Numbered from the whole stretch's first letter, positions 29,363 to 39,508 are shown. The stretch is 63,158 nucleotides of DNA, filler included, from 4 parts of 4 records of this genome joined end to end with filler, not necessarily neighbours in it; one strand, 5' to 3'. Numbers and translations are program-made. Notes: generated from the sequence alone by a model not told the origin.

Positions 29363-31032
29363 ATTAGACAGACCTTCGCTGCAAGTTCATCAATCAGAAC
29401 ACGCTGGTTTTCGCTATAGTCGACAGGCAAATCAATCAGATGTACGCCACCTGCCTCAAATGCCTTTTCGAAGGTCGGCACCAGATCTTCGGTCCGTTCA
29501 ACGCGGTGTCCGGTAGCGCCATAGCTGTTTGCGTATTGTACGAAATCCGGGTTGTTGAACTCTAACCCCCAATCCTCGAACCCGGCGTGTGACTGCTTCC
29601 ATCGGATCATGCCGTAGGAGCTGTCATTAAGCACAGTGACAACCATGTTGAGGCCCAGACGAACAGCAGTCTCGATCTCTTGACTGTTCATCATGAAGCC
29701 ACCGTCGCCACAAATCGCCATGACACGCCGTTCGGGATACAGCTTTGCCGCCATCATGGCCGAAGGCAACCCCGCACCCATGGTGGCCAACGCGTTGTCC
29801 AGCAAAACCGTATTTGGCTGATAGGCCTGATAGTTTCGTGCGTACCAAATCTTGTAGATACCGTTGTCTAGCGCGATGATATCGCAATCACCCATAACTT
29901 TGCGCGTATCAGCCACAAATCGCTGCGGGATTACAGGAAAACGCGGGTCTTCGGCGCCTTCTGACGTATGCAGGTCTGTCTCGTTTTTGACGCGTCGGAA
30001 ATAGCTGCGATCAAACTCTACGGATCCGCCCAGCATTTCGCCCAAACGTGCGATGGACTGAGTCAGATCGCCGACCACCTCGACATGCGGGAAATAGACC
30101 TGATCCACCTGCGCAGCTTTGTAGTTGATATGGATAACCTTGGTTCCGCCTTCTTCCATAAAGAAAGGTGGTTTTTCCACTACGTCGTGGCCGACATTGA
30201 TAATCAAATCGGCCCGGTCGATAGCGCAGTGCAGATAATCTCCATCCGACAGCGCGGCGGTGCCCAGAAACAACTCGGACCGTTCATCCACAACACCTTT
30301 GCCCATCTGCGTATTGAAAAACGGGATCTGGGTGTCATTCACGAACTTGCTGAGCGCACTGCGCGCATATTTGCGGTTTGCCCCGGCCCCCAGCAACAAA
30401 AGCGGCATTTTTGCTGCGCGGATCAAATCAGCAGCTTCGTTCAGAACCGTATCACCGGCCACCGCATAATGACGCGGATGCGGCTCAAGAACGCGTTCCG
30501 AGGTCTCTTCGGCGGCGATGTCCTCTGGAAGCTCCAGCAAAACCGCACCGGGGCGTTCTTCTTGCGCGACGCGAAACGCCTCACGCACCAGTGAGGGGAT
30601 GGTGTTGCCGTGTACGATCTGTTTAGACATCTTGCAGATCGGATCAAACAACCCCACAACATCGATAATCTGAAACTGACCCTGTTTAGATTTCTTGATG
30701 GGCTTTTGCCCCGTGATCATGATCAGCGGCATTCCACCCAGATGGGCATAAGCTGCAGGTGTGGCAAAGTTCGTAGCCCCCGGCCCTAACGTTGCCATGC
30801 AGACACCAGCCTTGCCTGTCAGTCGCCCATAGGTGGCTGCCATGAACGCAGCACCTTGTTCGTGGCGCGTTAGCACCAATTCGATCTTTGAGTCTCTCAG
30901 GGATTCCAGAACATCCAGATTTTCCTCTCCCGGAACGGCAAAGATGTATTCAACGCCCTCGGCCTCAAGCGCTGCGACAAGCAGATCAGAGGCTTTGGTG
31001 ATTGGCGATGCGGTTTGGTTGTTAGCGGTCAT
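29359..31032 (-). CDS. ThDP-dependent acetolactate-synthase-like enzyme (possible 2-oxo-acid decarboxylase)
   Basis: PGEENL, RHEQGAAFMA, LGPGATN and the ThDP motif GDGGFMMN...NDSSYG. Start at ATG 31032 with a GGAG RBS. Its stop overlaps the ALDH start. Confidence 0.88.
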   Translation of the reverse strand: MTANNQTASPITKASDLLVAALEAEGVEYIFAVPGEENLDVLESLRDSKIELVLTRHEQGAAFMAATYGRLTGKAGVCMATLGPGATNFATPAAYAHLGGMPLIMITGQKPIKKSKQGQFQIIDVVGLFDPICKMSKQIVHGNTIPSLVREAFRVAQEERPGAVLLELPEDIAAEETSERVLEPHPRHYAVAGDTVLNEAADLIRAAKMPLLLLGAGANRKYARSALSKFVNDTQIPFFNTQMGKGVVDERSELFLGTAALSDGDYLHCAIDRADLIINVGHDVVEKPPFFMEEGGTKVIHINYKAAQVDQVYFPHVEVVGDLTQSIARLGEMLGGSVEFDRSYFRRVKNETDLHTSEGAEDPRFPVIPQRFVADTRKVMGDCDIIALDNGIYKIWYARNYQAYQPNTVLLDNALATMGAGLPSAMMAAKLYPERRVMAICGDGGFMMNSQEIETAVRLGLNMVVTVLNDSSYGMIRWKQSHAGFEDWGLEFNNPDFVQYANSYGATGHRVERTEDLVPTFEKAFEAGGVHLIDLPVDYSENQRVLIDELAAKVCLI

Positions 31033-31120
31033 GTAATCTCCTGTTATCACGGCGGTCAGCAGGTTCGGGCGGCTATCAAAAGAAGGTATCACCTTTTCAG
31101 ATTAGGTGCCGAACCTTCGA

Positions 31121-32629
31121 CTATTCAGCGGCTTGAATTTGTTGGGGTTCGGGGTACAGCTCGTCCATCGAAGCCGATCGGCCGTTATCCAATACCACTC
31201 GTGCGTGGTATCGTTTTAGCAGGCGCGGTTCTGCGACGCCGCAGCTATGGGCAATTATGCCGACTTCTTTTTTCATGTTCTGGGCGTAATTCGCAACGCG
31301 CTCGGCTTTGCTGGCTGGATCGAGCCCGAATTGAAGCTTGGCGTTGTGTGTCGTGATACCTGTCGGACAGGTATTCTTGTTACATTGCAGCGCCTGAATG
31401 CAACCAAGTGCGAACATGAAACCGCGCGCAGAGTTCACAAAATCGGCCCCTGCGCAGAACGCCCAAGCGACCTCGGAGGGGTTGATCATCTTACCGCTGG
31501 CGCACACCTTTATCCGATCCCGAAGCCCATATTTCTTAAGCACATCTACAGCCAAAGGCAGGCTTTCGCGCAACGGCATGCCCATGTTGTCAATCAAACT
31601 CATCGGGGCCGCCCCGGTTCCACCATCTGAACTATCGATGGTCACGAAATCAGGGGCACTCTCGGGGCCGCGCCTTAAGATCTCGGCACACAAGCTGTCG
31701 AAAAAACCGTGGGCACCGATCACAGCCTTGAAGCCTACTGGCTTGCCTGTCACTTCGCGAACAAAATTGATCATGTCCAGCAAATCACCGACGTTCTCGA
31801 TCTCGGGGTGTCGATTGGGGCTGATCGCATCCTGACCTACCTTGAGTCCGCGGATTTCGGCGATGTCCTCCGTCACCTTTGCTCCGGGCAGTATTCCACC
31901 TTTTCCGGGTTTTGCCCCCTGGCTGAGCTTAATCTCGAACATCTTGACAGCATCATGCGCGGCCACCGCCCGCAACTTGTCCTCATCAAAGCCGCCTTCG
32001 GGTTTACGTACCCCGAACTTGCCGGTCCCGATCTGAAATACGACATCCGCACCGCTTTCCAGATGATACGGGGACAACCCGCCCTCACCCGTATTGATCC
32101 ACATCCCGGCTTTCTTGGCACCTTGGGACAGGGCTCGGACAGCAGGGATAGAAATCGCGCCATAGCTCATGCCCGATATGTTAAACAGCGCATCAGTTGA
32201 ATAGGGTTCACGCGCATAGGGCCCGACAGTCACGGTCGAGGGACCCTCGGCATCCTGTTCCAATGTCGGGAAAGGGCAATTCACGAAATAGACCGTACCG
32301 GTCGGGCGCAAATCGCGGGTCGATCCGAACGCGACCGTCGAATCCACATTCTTGGCCGCGCGATAGACCCACGACCGTTCTGCCCGGTTGAACGGCATTT
32401 CCTCGCGATCCTGCGCAAAGAAGTACTGCCGAAAGAACTCGCCCATATGTTCAAAGAAATACCGAAACCGAGCAACCACAGGATAGTTCCGCCGCAATGT
32501 GCTTTCGGTTTGGGTCTTGTCATGTACGTAAATCACAACGACCCAAAGAACCGCGATGCCAATCGCGAAGATAAAGGCGTAAGAGAGGACTTCCAAAAGT
32601 CCCAGGATTACAGAGTAAAGCTCCGGCAT
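31121..32629 (-). CDS. Stand-alone FMN-binding glutamate synthase family protein with N-terminal TM helix
   Basis: SGMSYG, NTGEGG, EIKLSQGAKPGKGG, DGGTGA and the 3Fe-4S motif GCIQALQCNKNTCPTGITT. No glutamine amidotransferase domain. Confidence 0.9.
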   Translation of the reverse strand: MPELYSVILGLLEVLSYAFIFAIGIAVLWVVVIYVHDKTQTESTLRRNYPVVARFRYFFEHMGEFFRQYFFAQDREEMPFNRAERSWVYRAAKNVDSTVAFGSTRDLRPTGTVYFVNCPFPTLEQDAEGPSTVTVGPYAREPYSTDALFNISGMSYGAISIPAVRALSQGAKKAGMWINTGEGGLSPYHLESGADVVFQIGTGKFGVRKPEGGFDEDKLRAVAAHDAVKMFEIKLSQGAKPGKGGILPGAKVTEDIAEIRGLKVGQDAISPNRHPEIENVGDLLDMINFVREVTGKPVGFKAVIGAHGFFDSLCAEILRRGPESAPDFVTIDSSDGGTGAAPMSLIDNMGMPLRESLPLAVDVLKKYGLRDRIKVCASGKMINPSEVAWAFCAGADFVNSARGFMFALGCIQALQCNKNTCPTGITTHNAKLQFGLDPASKAERVANYAQNMKKEVGIIAHSCGVAEPRLLKRYHARVVLDNGRSASMDELYPEPQQIQAAE

Positions 32630-32782
32630 TTCAACCTCCAGGCTGGGGTAATTGTTACGGGTTGAACGGGATATCGCGGCTATCCAACCTGCACGTGGCG
32701 GTTCATGCTACATAGGGACCAAAGAGCATCCAAACCAATCACGAGGTTGTCAATTTCATCCGGCCCATGCACGGGCGACGGG

Positions 32783-32882
32783 NNNNNNNNNNNNNNNNNN
32801 NNNNNNNNNNNNNNNNNNNNNNNNNNTTAATTAATTAANNNNNNNNNNNNNNNNNNNNNNNNNNNNNNNNNNNNNNNNNNNN
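32783..32882. other. Artificial contig spacer
   Basis: N-run + TTAATTAATTAA (32827-32838) + N-run. Confidence 0.99.
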
Positions 32883-32883
32883 G

Positions 32884-33876
32884 AGCAACGGCTGCATTTG
32901 CTGCACGCTGCGTGAAGATTTGCTAGAAGAAGTTAGTCAACTGGCCAGAGAGGGTAAATTTGATTACTTGGTGATTGAGTCCACTGGGATTTCCGAACCG
33001 CTACCCGTGGCGGAAACCTTCACCTTTGAAGATGAAAGCGGCCAGAGCCTTTCCCACGTTGCACGCCTTGATACGCTGGTCACTGTTGTCGATGGAGCCA
33101 ACTTTCTTGAGCAGTACCGCGAAGCGCAGAGCCTCGCTGAAGCGGGCGAAAGCTTAGGTGACGACGACGAACGTAACGTCGCGGACCTGCTGGTCGATCA
33201 GATCGAGTTTTGTGATGTATTACTGATCAGTAAAACGGATCTGATCAATAAAAAAGAGCTTGATGCGCTAACGGCGATTCTGCGCTCACTCAACCCTGAT
33301 GCAGAGCTGGTGCCCATCACTCAAGGTGGCGTGCCGCTAGACAAGGTGCTTGATACTGGCAAGTTCAATTTTGAGCGCGCCCAGCAAGCGCCTGGTTGGC
33401 TAAAAGAGATGCGTGGCGAGCATGTGCCAGAAACCGAAGAGTACGGTATTGGCAGCTTTGCCTACCACGCTCGCCGCCCTTTCCACCCGCAGAAATTCCA
33501 CGCTTTACTCAATGAAGGGTGGTTTGGTAAAGGGCTGCTACGCTCGAAAGGCTTTTTCTGGCTTGCTACTCGGCCACGCTTTGCAGGCCAATGGAGCCAA
33601 GCAGGTGGTATTGCTTATCACGGCCCAGCGGGCGTGTTCTGGAAAGCTATCCCCGAAGCTAACTGGCCGGAAGATCCTGAAACTCGCCAGTTCATTATGG
33701 AAAAGTGGCAGGAGCCGTTTGGCGACATGCGCCAGGAGCTGGTGTTTATCGGCCAGAACTTGGACCAAGCCAAGATGCGTGATGCACTAGACGCCTGCCT
33801 GCTAAGTGAAGCTGAACTGCTACAAGGTATGGAAGCCTGGAAGCAGCTACCCGATCCGTTCCCCGCTTGGGAGTAA
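32884..33876 (+). CDS. COG0523/CobW zinc metallochaperone GTPase (ZigA/YciC-like), 5'-truncated
   Basis: In-frame SNGCICCTLREDL (CxCC) at the contig start, then IESTG, SKTD, LRSKGFFWL and RQELVFIG. Confidence 0.92.
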   Translation, partial: SNGCICCTLREDLLEEVSQLAREGKFDYLVIESTGISEPLPVAETFTFEDESGQSLSHVARLDTLVTVVDGANFLEQYREAQSLAEAGESLGDDDERNVADLLVDQIEFCDVLLISKTDLINKKELDALTAILRSLNPDAELVPITQGGVPLDKVLDTGKFNFERAQQAPGWLKEMRGEHVPETEEYGIGSFAYHARRPFHPQKFHALLNEGWFGKGLLRSKGFFWLATRPRFAGQWSQAGGIAYHGPAGVFWKAIPEANWPEDPETRQFIMEKWQEPFGDMRQELVFIGQNLDQAKMRDALDACLLSEAELLQGMEAWKQLPDPFPAWE

Positions 33877-33880
33877 TGCT

Positions 33881-35890
33881 TTAACTGCCGGAGCTAGCTA
33901 AACAGCGCTCTGCCCACTGCCGCACTTCAGGGTAGGCACGCTGCTCAAAGACCGCGAAACCGTTAAGGCCGCGGGCTTTGAGTGGGGTAAAAATCGGCAT
34001 AGTTAAACCGCATAAGAAGTGTGCCAGCCGCTGGGCATTGGGCGGCTGGCCGAACTGTTCGGTGTGGCGTTCAATCAGCGGTGTGGCATAGCGGATAAAA
34101 TCCTTTTCAGACAGCGCGGGTAATGGCGTCGCATCCGGCAGCCGAACCGGGTTGCCGTAGCATACCGAACAGTGGCCACAGCGGCCCTGCTCGGTACCAA
34201 GTGGCCCATCGAAGGTGGTATCCCCAAAATGCTCAGCTAACCGCCGAGTCAGGCAGCTTCGCGACTCAAACAGTGCCAGCATGGAGTGCAACCGTTCAAT
34301 TTCGATTCGCTCCCGATCTAGACACTCATTAAATAACTGGCTTGCCATCGCCGCGACCGAAAATTCCGGCTGACAAATTTCATACACATCGGTCATGCGC
34401 TTACCTTCCAGGGTCAACCAACCTTTATCCTGGAAGTATTCAAGCGCGGTAATCACGCGGACACGGGAAGCATCGATTTGCTGTGCCTGCCCAGCCTGAT
34501 GCAGTCGCTCAAAATCCACTGTTCCCCAGGTGCGAGCAATAGCAATATTGTCGATCAACAAGCGTACAAAGGCCGCGCGCTCTCCTTCAAAGCGCCCCAC
34601 CAACGCAGTAGGCTCAATATGGTAGCGCAACCGATACTCGGCTAAGAACGCAAAGCGCGGCGCAATTATGCCGTGCATTTCCAACCGCACCAGTAGCGTT
34701 TTAAGTGGCAGCAGGCGGATATTGGTATCTCGGGAAAGCGTGTTGAGCAGCACTTCCCACTGGCGATCTGGCGCTTGACCGGCTGATGAGATTTCCTCCA
34801 ATAAACGCAAAATACCCGCGTACTCAGGCGTATCGCCGTAAACGAAGCTCTCAAGCACTCGCAGACCATCGCGTCCGGCAATGGTTAAACAGGTGGAAGG
34901 CAGTCCATCGCGCCCTACCCGACCAATTTCCTGACTGTAATTCTCAATCGATTTAGGCAGATCAAAGTGCACAACGTTGCGGATATTGCCTTTATCAATC
35001 CCCATACCAAAGGCAATGGTAGCGACAATACAGGGCGATTCGCCGCTCATAAACTGACGCTGAATGTCGTCTCGGCGGGCTGAATCCAGTCCCGCATGGT
35101 ACGCCTGGGCAGCAATCCCTTGGGCGGCCAGCGCACTTGCCAGCTGCTCGGCGGTTTGCTGCAAGGTGACGTAAATAATCGTAGGCGCTTCGTTGCCAGG
35201 CGACATTTGTGGCATAAGCCAATCAATCAGCTGTTGCTGACGATTTTCCATGGCGGGCACCACCAGAAGCTCTAAGTTAGCGCGATAAAAGCCCGTGGTA
35301 ATGACATTTACCGGTACGATTGAAAACTTCTCACGCATATCAGCGATAACCGCTGGCGTGGCCGTGGCAGTCAGTAGCAACACCTGGGGAATAGCAAACT
35401 CACGCTGATAATCGGGCAGTTTAAGGTAATCGGGGCGGAAGTTATGTCCCCACTCAGAGAGACAGTGTGCTTCATCAACCACTAGTAGCGATATTTGAAC
35501 CTGGCGTAGAAAGTGCCGAAAACGCTCGTTCTTAAGCCGCTCCACCGACACCATAAGGATTTTCAGCTCACCGTTTTTAGCGCGCTCCATCACATCACGG
35601 GTCGTATCACGGTCTTGGGTGGAATCAATACTGGCGGCTGCAACACCATGGCGTGCCAAGAAAGCGAGCTGATCCTGCATCAGTGCCAGCAGCGGCGATA
35701 CCACCAGCGTCAGGTGTGGAAGATGAAGTGCAGGCAACTGATAACAGAGTGACTTCCCCGCCCCGGTGGCAAAAATCGCCGCCGTGGAGTGCCCCTCCAA
35801 CACTCTGGACACCACCGCCTGCTGGCCGCCACGAAAATCATCAAATCCGAATACTGCCTTCAGCGTCTGCTGCGGTGATAGCGAGGTCAT
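33881..35890 (-). CDS. RecQ-family ATP-dependent DNA helicase (no HRDC domain)
   Basis: TGAGKSLCYQ, DEAH, SEWGHNFRPDY, TATA, ATIAFGMGIDK, QEIGRVGRDG and Zn motif C...CGHCSVC. An alternative start is 35914. Confidence 0.92.
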   Translation of the reverse strand: MTSLSPQQTLKAVFGFDDFRGGQQAVVSRVLEGHSTAAIFATGAGKSLCYQLPALHLPHLTLVVSPLLALMQDQLAFLARHGVAAASIDSTQDRDTTRDVMERAKNGELKILMVSVERLKNERFRHFLRQVQISLLVVDEAHCLSEWGHNFRPDYLKLPDYQREFAIPQVLLLTATATPAVIADMREKFSIVPVNVITTGFYRANLELLVVPAMENRQQQLIDWLMPQMSPGNEAPTIIYVTLQQTAEQLASALAAQGIAAQAYHAGLDSARRDDIQRQFMSGESPCIVATIAFGMGIDKGNIRNVVHFDLPKSIENYSQEIGRVGRDGLPSTCLTIAGRDGLRVLESFVYGDTPEYAGILRLLEEISSAGQAPDRQWEVLLNTLSRDTNIRLLPLKTLLVRLEMHGIIAPRFAFLAEYRLRYHIEPTALVGRFEGERAAFVRLLIDNIAIARTWGTVDFERLHQAGQAQQIDASRVRVITALEYFQDKGWLTLEGKRMTDVYEICQPEFSVAAMASQLFNECLDRERIEIERLHSMLALFESRSCLTRRLAEHFGDTTFDGPLGTEQGRCGHCSVCYGNPVRLPDATPLPALSEKDFIRYATPLIERHTEQFGQPPNAQRLAHFLCGLTMPIFTPLKARGLNGFAVFEQRAYPEVRQWAERCLASSGS

Positions 35891-35970
35891 GGCCGTTCCC
35901 TGGAGTGTCGTCAATACGTTAGGGCTAAGCTAACGCGTTCACGTCATTTTCTCCAATCAAGGGGCGACCA

Positions 35971-37710
35971 TTAAGTGCAGGGGTGCGGCTTTTCATTCTG
36001 TGCGGGGAGAGCCAGCGCCTGCCAAGCCTCAAAGGTGGTAAAAAACACCTGCCCTGTTAGCTCGCGGTAAAGCGCTGTGTTGGTTAAGCGATCCATCACC
36101 GGGCCTTTCACTTCCGCCAAGTGCAGCGTTGCGCCAGCATCTTTTAACCGTCCGTTAATAGCTTCTAAGCTTTCAAGCGCGGACGCATCAATCACATTCA
36201 CCGCCTGGCAGGTCAATACAATATGTTTTAACGAAGGGGAACGAGCAGCCAGCGCCATCACGGTATCTTCTAAGTAGCGAGCGTTAGCAAAGTAAAGGCT
36301 TTCATCAATGCGCAGCATGGCCACATGCTGATCGGTTTCGACTTCATGGCGCTTCACGTTGCGGAAATGTTCGGTGCCCGGCACCCGCCCTACCACGGCA
36401 CTATGGGGCTGGCTGGTGCGGTACAGGTGCAGCCCCAGTGACAGCACCACACCGCTGATAATGCCGACCTCGACACTGTGCAGCAGGGTGAGAAGCAAGG
36501 TCGTCACCATTGCCACGCCGTCGCTGCGGGAGTATTGCCAAGTGCGCTTTATTGCGGGAAGATCAATCAATGTGCCCACGGCGACGATAATAGTAGCGGC
36601 CAATGTCGCCGTCGGCAGAAATGCCAGCAGACCAGTGAGCAACAGCGTAGAAAGCACGATACCCAAGGCGGTAAATGCCCCGGCCAACGGTGTTGCCGCG
36701 CCCGCTTCAAAGTTCACTACCGAGCGTGAAAACCCACCTGAAACCGGCGAACCACCGCTGACGCCAGCGCCCAAATTGGCCATCCCAAGAGCGATGAGTT
36801 CTTGATTAGGATCAATACGCTGGCGGCGCTTAGCCGCCAGGGTTTGCGCCACGGACACCGATTCTACAAAGCCCACTAAACTGATCAATAAAGCGGCAGG
36901 CAACAGGCCAAGCCATAGCGACTGATCTAGGCTAGGCAGCGCAATGGCAGGCAAGCCGCTAGGCACAAAGCCGACCAGATCCACGCCGTACTGCCCCAAG
37001 CTAAAGTGCCAGGCCAGCAGCGTAGTCACCATCACCGCTGAAATCGGTGCGGCTTTGACCATCAATCCAGAAGCACTGGCCGAGATACCTATCGCCATCA
37101 GCCAGGTATTCAAGCGCTTGCGGCAAACCAGCAGATAGCCCCACACCCCTAAACCAATCAGCAGCGTGATGAGATTGACCTGTTGCCACTGGCTGAACAG
37201 TGCGCCCAGCAGCTCGATGACATTATGCCCCGCAGCCTCAACACCTAGAATATGCTTGAGCTGACTAATGGCGATCAAGATTCCCGACGCAGTGATAAAC
37301 CCAGAAATAACCGGATGGCTTAAGAAGTTGACCAAAAAGCCCAGCCGCAGTACGCCCATGGCAATCAATATCAATCCTGAAAGCGCCGCCAACACCAGTG
37401 CAGCGCCAATATATTCAGGGCTGCCTGGAGTAGCAAAGCTGCTTAAAGCCGACGCCGTCATTAACGCTGCCACGGCTACCGGCCCTACCGCCAAGCTGGC
37501 ACTGGTACCAAAGATGGCGTAAAGCACCAGCGGTAGCATACTGGCATACAGGCCCATCTCTGGCGGCAACCCAGCCAGCAAGGCATAGGCCAACGCCTGG
37601 GGCACCAGCATTAGCGTGACGATAACGGCTGCCAGCGAATCTTTAAATAACACAGCCCGGTTATAGCGCCGCAGCCAGCCAACCACAGGCACCCAACGCT
37701 CTATGTTCAT
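35971..37710 (-). CDS. SulP-family anion permease with STAS domain
   Basis: PQALAYA, GLY, GP, NQELIALG, GGFSRS and STAS (LYFAN, IDASA). Confidence 0.93.
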   Translation of the reverse strand: MNIERWVPVVGWLRRYNRAVLFKDSLAAVIVTLMLVPQALAYALLAGLPPEMGLYASMLPLVLYAIFGTSASLAVGPVAVAALMTASALSSFATPGSPEYIGAALVLAALSGLILIAMGVLRLGFLVNFLSHPVISGFITASGILIAISQLKHILGVEAAGHNVIELLGALFSQWQQVNLITLLIGLGVWGYLLVCRKRLNTWLMAIGISASASGLMVKAAPISAVMVTTLLAWHFSLGQYGVDLVGFVPSGLPAIALPSLDQSLWLGLLPAALLISLVGFVESVSVAQTLAAKRRQRIDPNQELIALGMANLGAGVSGGSPVSGGFSRSVVNFEAGAATPLAGAFTALGIVLSTLLLTGLLAFLPTATLAATIIVAVGTLIDLPAIKRTWQYSRSDGVAMVTTLLLTLLHSVEVGIISGVVLSLGLHLYRTSQPHSAVVGRVPGTEHFRNVKRHEVETDQHVAMLRIDESLYFANARYLEDTVMALAARSPSLKHIVLTCQAVNVIDASALESLEAINGRLKDAGATLHLAEVKGPVMDRLTNTALYRELTGQVFFTTFEAWQALALPAQNEKPHPCT

Positions 37711-37763
37711 GGGGAGTACTCGCTCTGGTAATAGCACTGACTAAGGCACATCACACCGCACGC

Positions 37764-38192
37764 CTACGCTGTCTGATTTTCAAGCCCTTGACGGTGCTCT
37801 TCCAAATCAAAACCGGCTGCTTTGGCAGCGGAAAATAGTTCCGCCAGATCGCATTTTTCGGTATGGCGCTTTGCGTAAGCCCAAAGATGGGTAGCACGTT
37901 TACCTGACCGACAAAACGCCAAAATAGGCCGAGGTAGCTGCTGCAACGCCTTAGCAAAAGCAGCGACATCCACTTGGCTATACTCGCCGGGGGTCACCGG
38001 AATGTGTACCCAATGAAGGCCAAGTTCTGCTGCTTTAACGCGGTAAGCATCCTCTCCAGAAAACTCAGCGCTTTCACCAGGCTTGCAGTTACAGATCACC
38101 GTTTTAAAGCCCTGAGCTTTTACGTGCTCAAGCTCCTCAACCGTGAGCTGTGAAGTAATAGCAACGCCCTTCTCTAACGATTGTGTTTGCAT
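37764..38192 (-). CDS. TIGR01244/DUF442 sulfur transferase (PTP-like rhodanese)
   Basis: GFKTVICN.P.GE, HIPV and active loop PILAFCRSGKR. Confidence 0.85.
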   Translation of the reverse strand: MQTQSLEKGVAITSQLTVEELEHVKAQGFKTVICNCKPGESAEFSGEDAYRVKAAELGLHWVHIPVTPGEYSQVDVAAFAKALQQLPRPILAFCRSGKRATHLWAYAKRHTEKCDLAELFSAAKAAGFDLEEHRQGLENQTA

Positions 38193-38305
38193 GCATCTCT
38201 CCTAGCGTTTCTCGCTGCCGCTTTAAGCAGCAGCGCAAGGCATAACCCCGCCAAAACAATTGTTATAAACATAGCTCATTTTGGAATATAAGCAATAGCG
38301 CACGA

Positions 38306-38344
38306 CAAAAACACCCGGGACTTTTTTGAGAAAAGAACCGGGTG
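38306..38344 (-). terminator. Intrinsic terminator after the truC-tcdA-DUF1653 genes
   Basis: CACCCGG...CCGGGTG stem followed by TTTTT on the minus strand. Confidence 0.6.
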
Positions 38345-38409
38345 GCGCATAAATATCGAAGGGAGAAACGTAACGCTATTGGGTGTTGTCGCTATTAGGG
38401 AACGCCGGA

Positions 38410-38631
38410 TTAATTAAACACTTTCTCTAACGCAAAGCGCGGCTGTGGCTGGCCATCTTTGTTAACGCTTTCAGTGAACATTGTCAGCGGGCGCACCCAC
38501 AGGCCGTAGTCGCCGTAAAGCGCACGGTAAACGACTAGCACCTCTTCATTTTCACTGTGCTGAGCGGTGCCCAGCACTTCGTAAAGGCTGCCTTTATAGT
38601 GGCGATATATACCGGGAACAGGCGCAGTCAT
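38410..38631 (-). CDS. DUF1653 domain protein
   Basis: GIYRHYKG..YEV...A.HSE..E.LVVYRALYG..LWVRP..MF signature. Confidence 0.9.
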   Translation of the reverse strand: MTAPVPGIYRHYKGSLYEVLGTAQHSENEEVLVVYRALYGDYGLWVRPLTMFTESVNKDGQPQPRFALEKVFN

Positions 38632-39452
38632 TCACTTTCCTCTTGTTGGGTCGTTGAAGGCATGGGCTTAGCGGCTTTTTTAGCCAGTCGTTCGAGCACT
38701 TTTGAGGCAGCGACAAAACCAAACGTACCAGTGACAAAGGTGGCGGCGCCAAAGCCTGAGGCGCAGTCTAAACGGGTCGCGTCACCGTTACCGGGCTTTT
38801 GCAGACAGACTTCGCCGTCAGCGCCAGGGTACACCAGCTGCTCATCAGAATAGACACACTCAACGGAAAAGCGCCGCTTAGGATTACGCGAAAAACCATA
38901 ATCACGGCGCAGCCGCGAGCGCACTTTAGAAAGCAGTGGATCGTGTTCAGTACGTGTTAAATCTGCCACCTGAATGCGGGTAGGATCCGTCTGACCGCCT
39001 GCAGCTCCCGTCACGGTAATCGGCAGTTTACGCCGTTTGCACCAGGCGATTAGCGCGGCCTTAGCGATCACGCTATCAATGGCGTCCACCACATGATCGG
39101 CATCATCGGGGATACGCTCGGCAAGGTTAGTGGGTGTGACAAAAGCACTGTCGGCTACGACGTTTATCTCCGGGGCAATCAATCGACAACGCTCGGCCAA
39201 CACGTCCACCTTTGGCTGGCCAATGGTGGCGTCTAACGCATGGAGCTGACGATTGACGTTGGACACGCATACGTCATCCAAATCAATCAGCGTTAGCTTG
39301 CCAATGCCAGAACGCGCCAGCGCTTCTACCGTCCAGCTCCCCACGCCGCCCACACCTACTACCACAACATGGGCATGGCGAAACGCCGTGGCAGCACGTT
39401 GGCCATACAAGCGGCGAATGCCGCCAAAGCGAAAGTCATAATCCGAAGACAT
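38628..39452 (-). CDS. tcdA: tRNA threonylcarbamoyladenosine dehydratase
   Basis: RFGGIRRLYG, GVGGVGSW..EALARSG, NVNRQLHA and DCASGFGA. Confidence 0.95.
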   Translation of the reverse strand: MSSDYDFRFGGIRRLYGQRAATAFRHAHVVVVGVGGVGSWTVEALARSGIGKLTLIDLDDVCVSNVNRQLHALDATIGQPKVDVLAERCRLIAPEINVVADSAFVTPTNLAERIPDDADHVVDAIDSVIAKAALIAWCKRRKLPITVTGAAGGQTDPTRIQVADLTRTEHDPLLSKVRSRLRRDYGFSRNPKRRFSVECVYSDEQLVYPGADGEVCLQKPGNGDATRLDCASGFGAATFVTGTFGFVAASKVLERLAKKAAKPMPSTTQQEESE

Positions 39453-39508
39453 TACAGGCTCTCTATTTTACAACATGCTATCTGACAGCACGGTTCGATT
39501 CGTCACGA

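Noticed and set aside
38262-38292. Zur-like or SqrR/BigR-like site upstream of the sulfurtransferase
   Set aside because: TGTTAT-AAAC-ATAGC has the wrong spacing for Zur, and only the GAAT half of an ATTC-N8-GAAT site is present.
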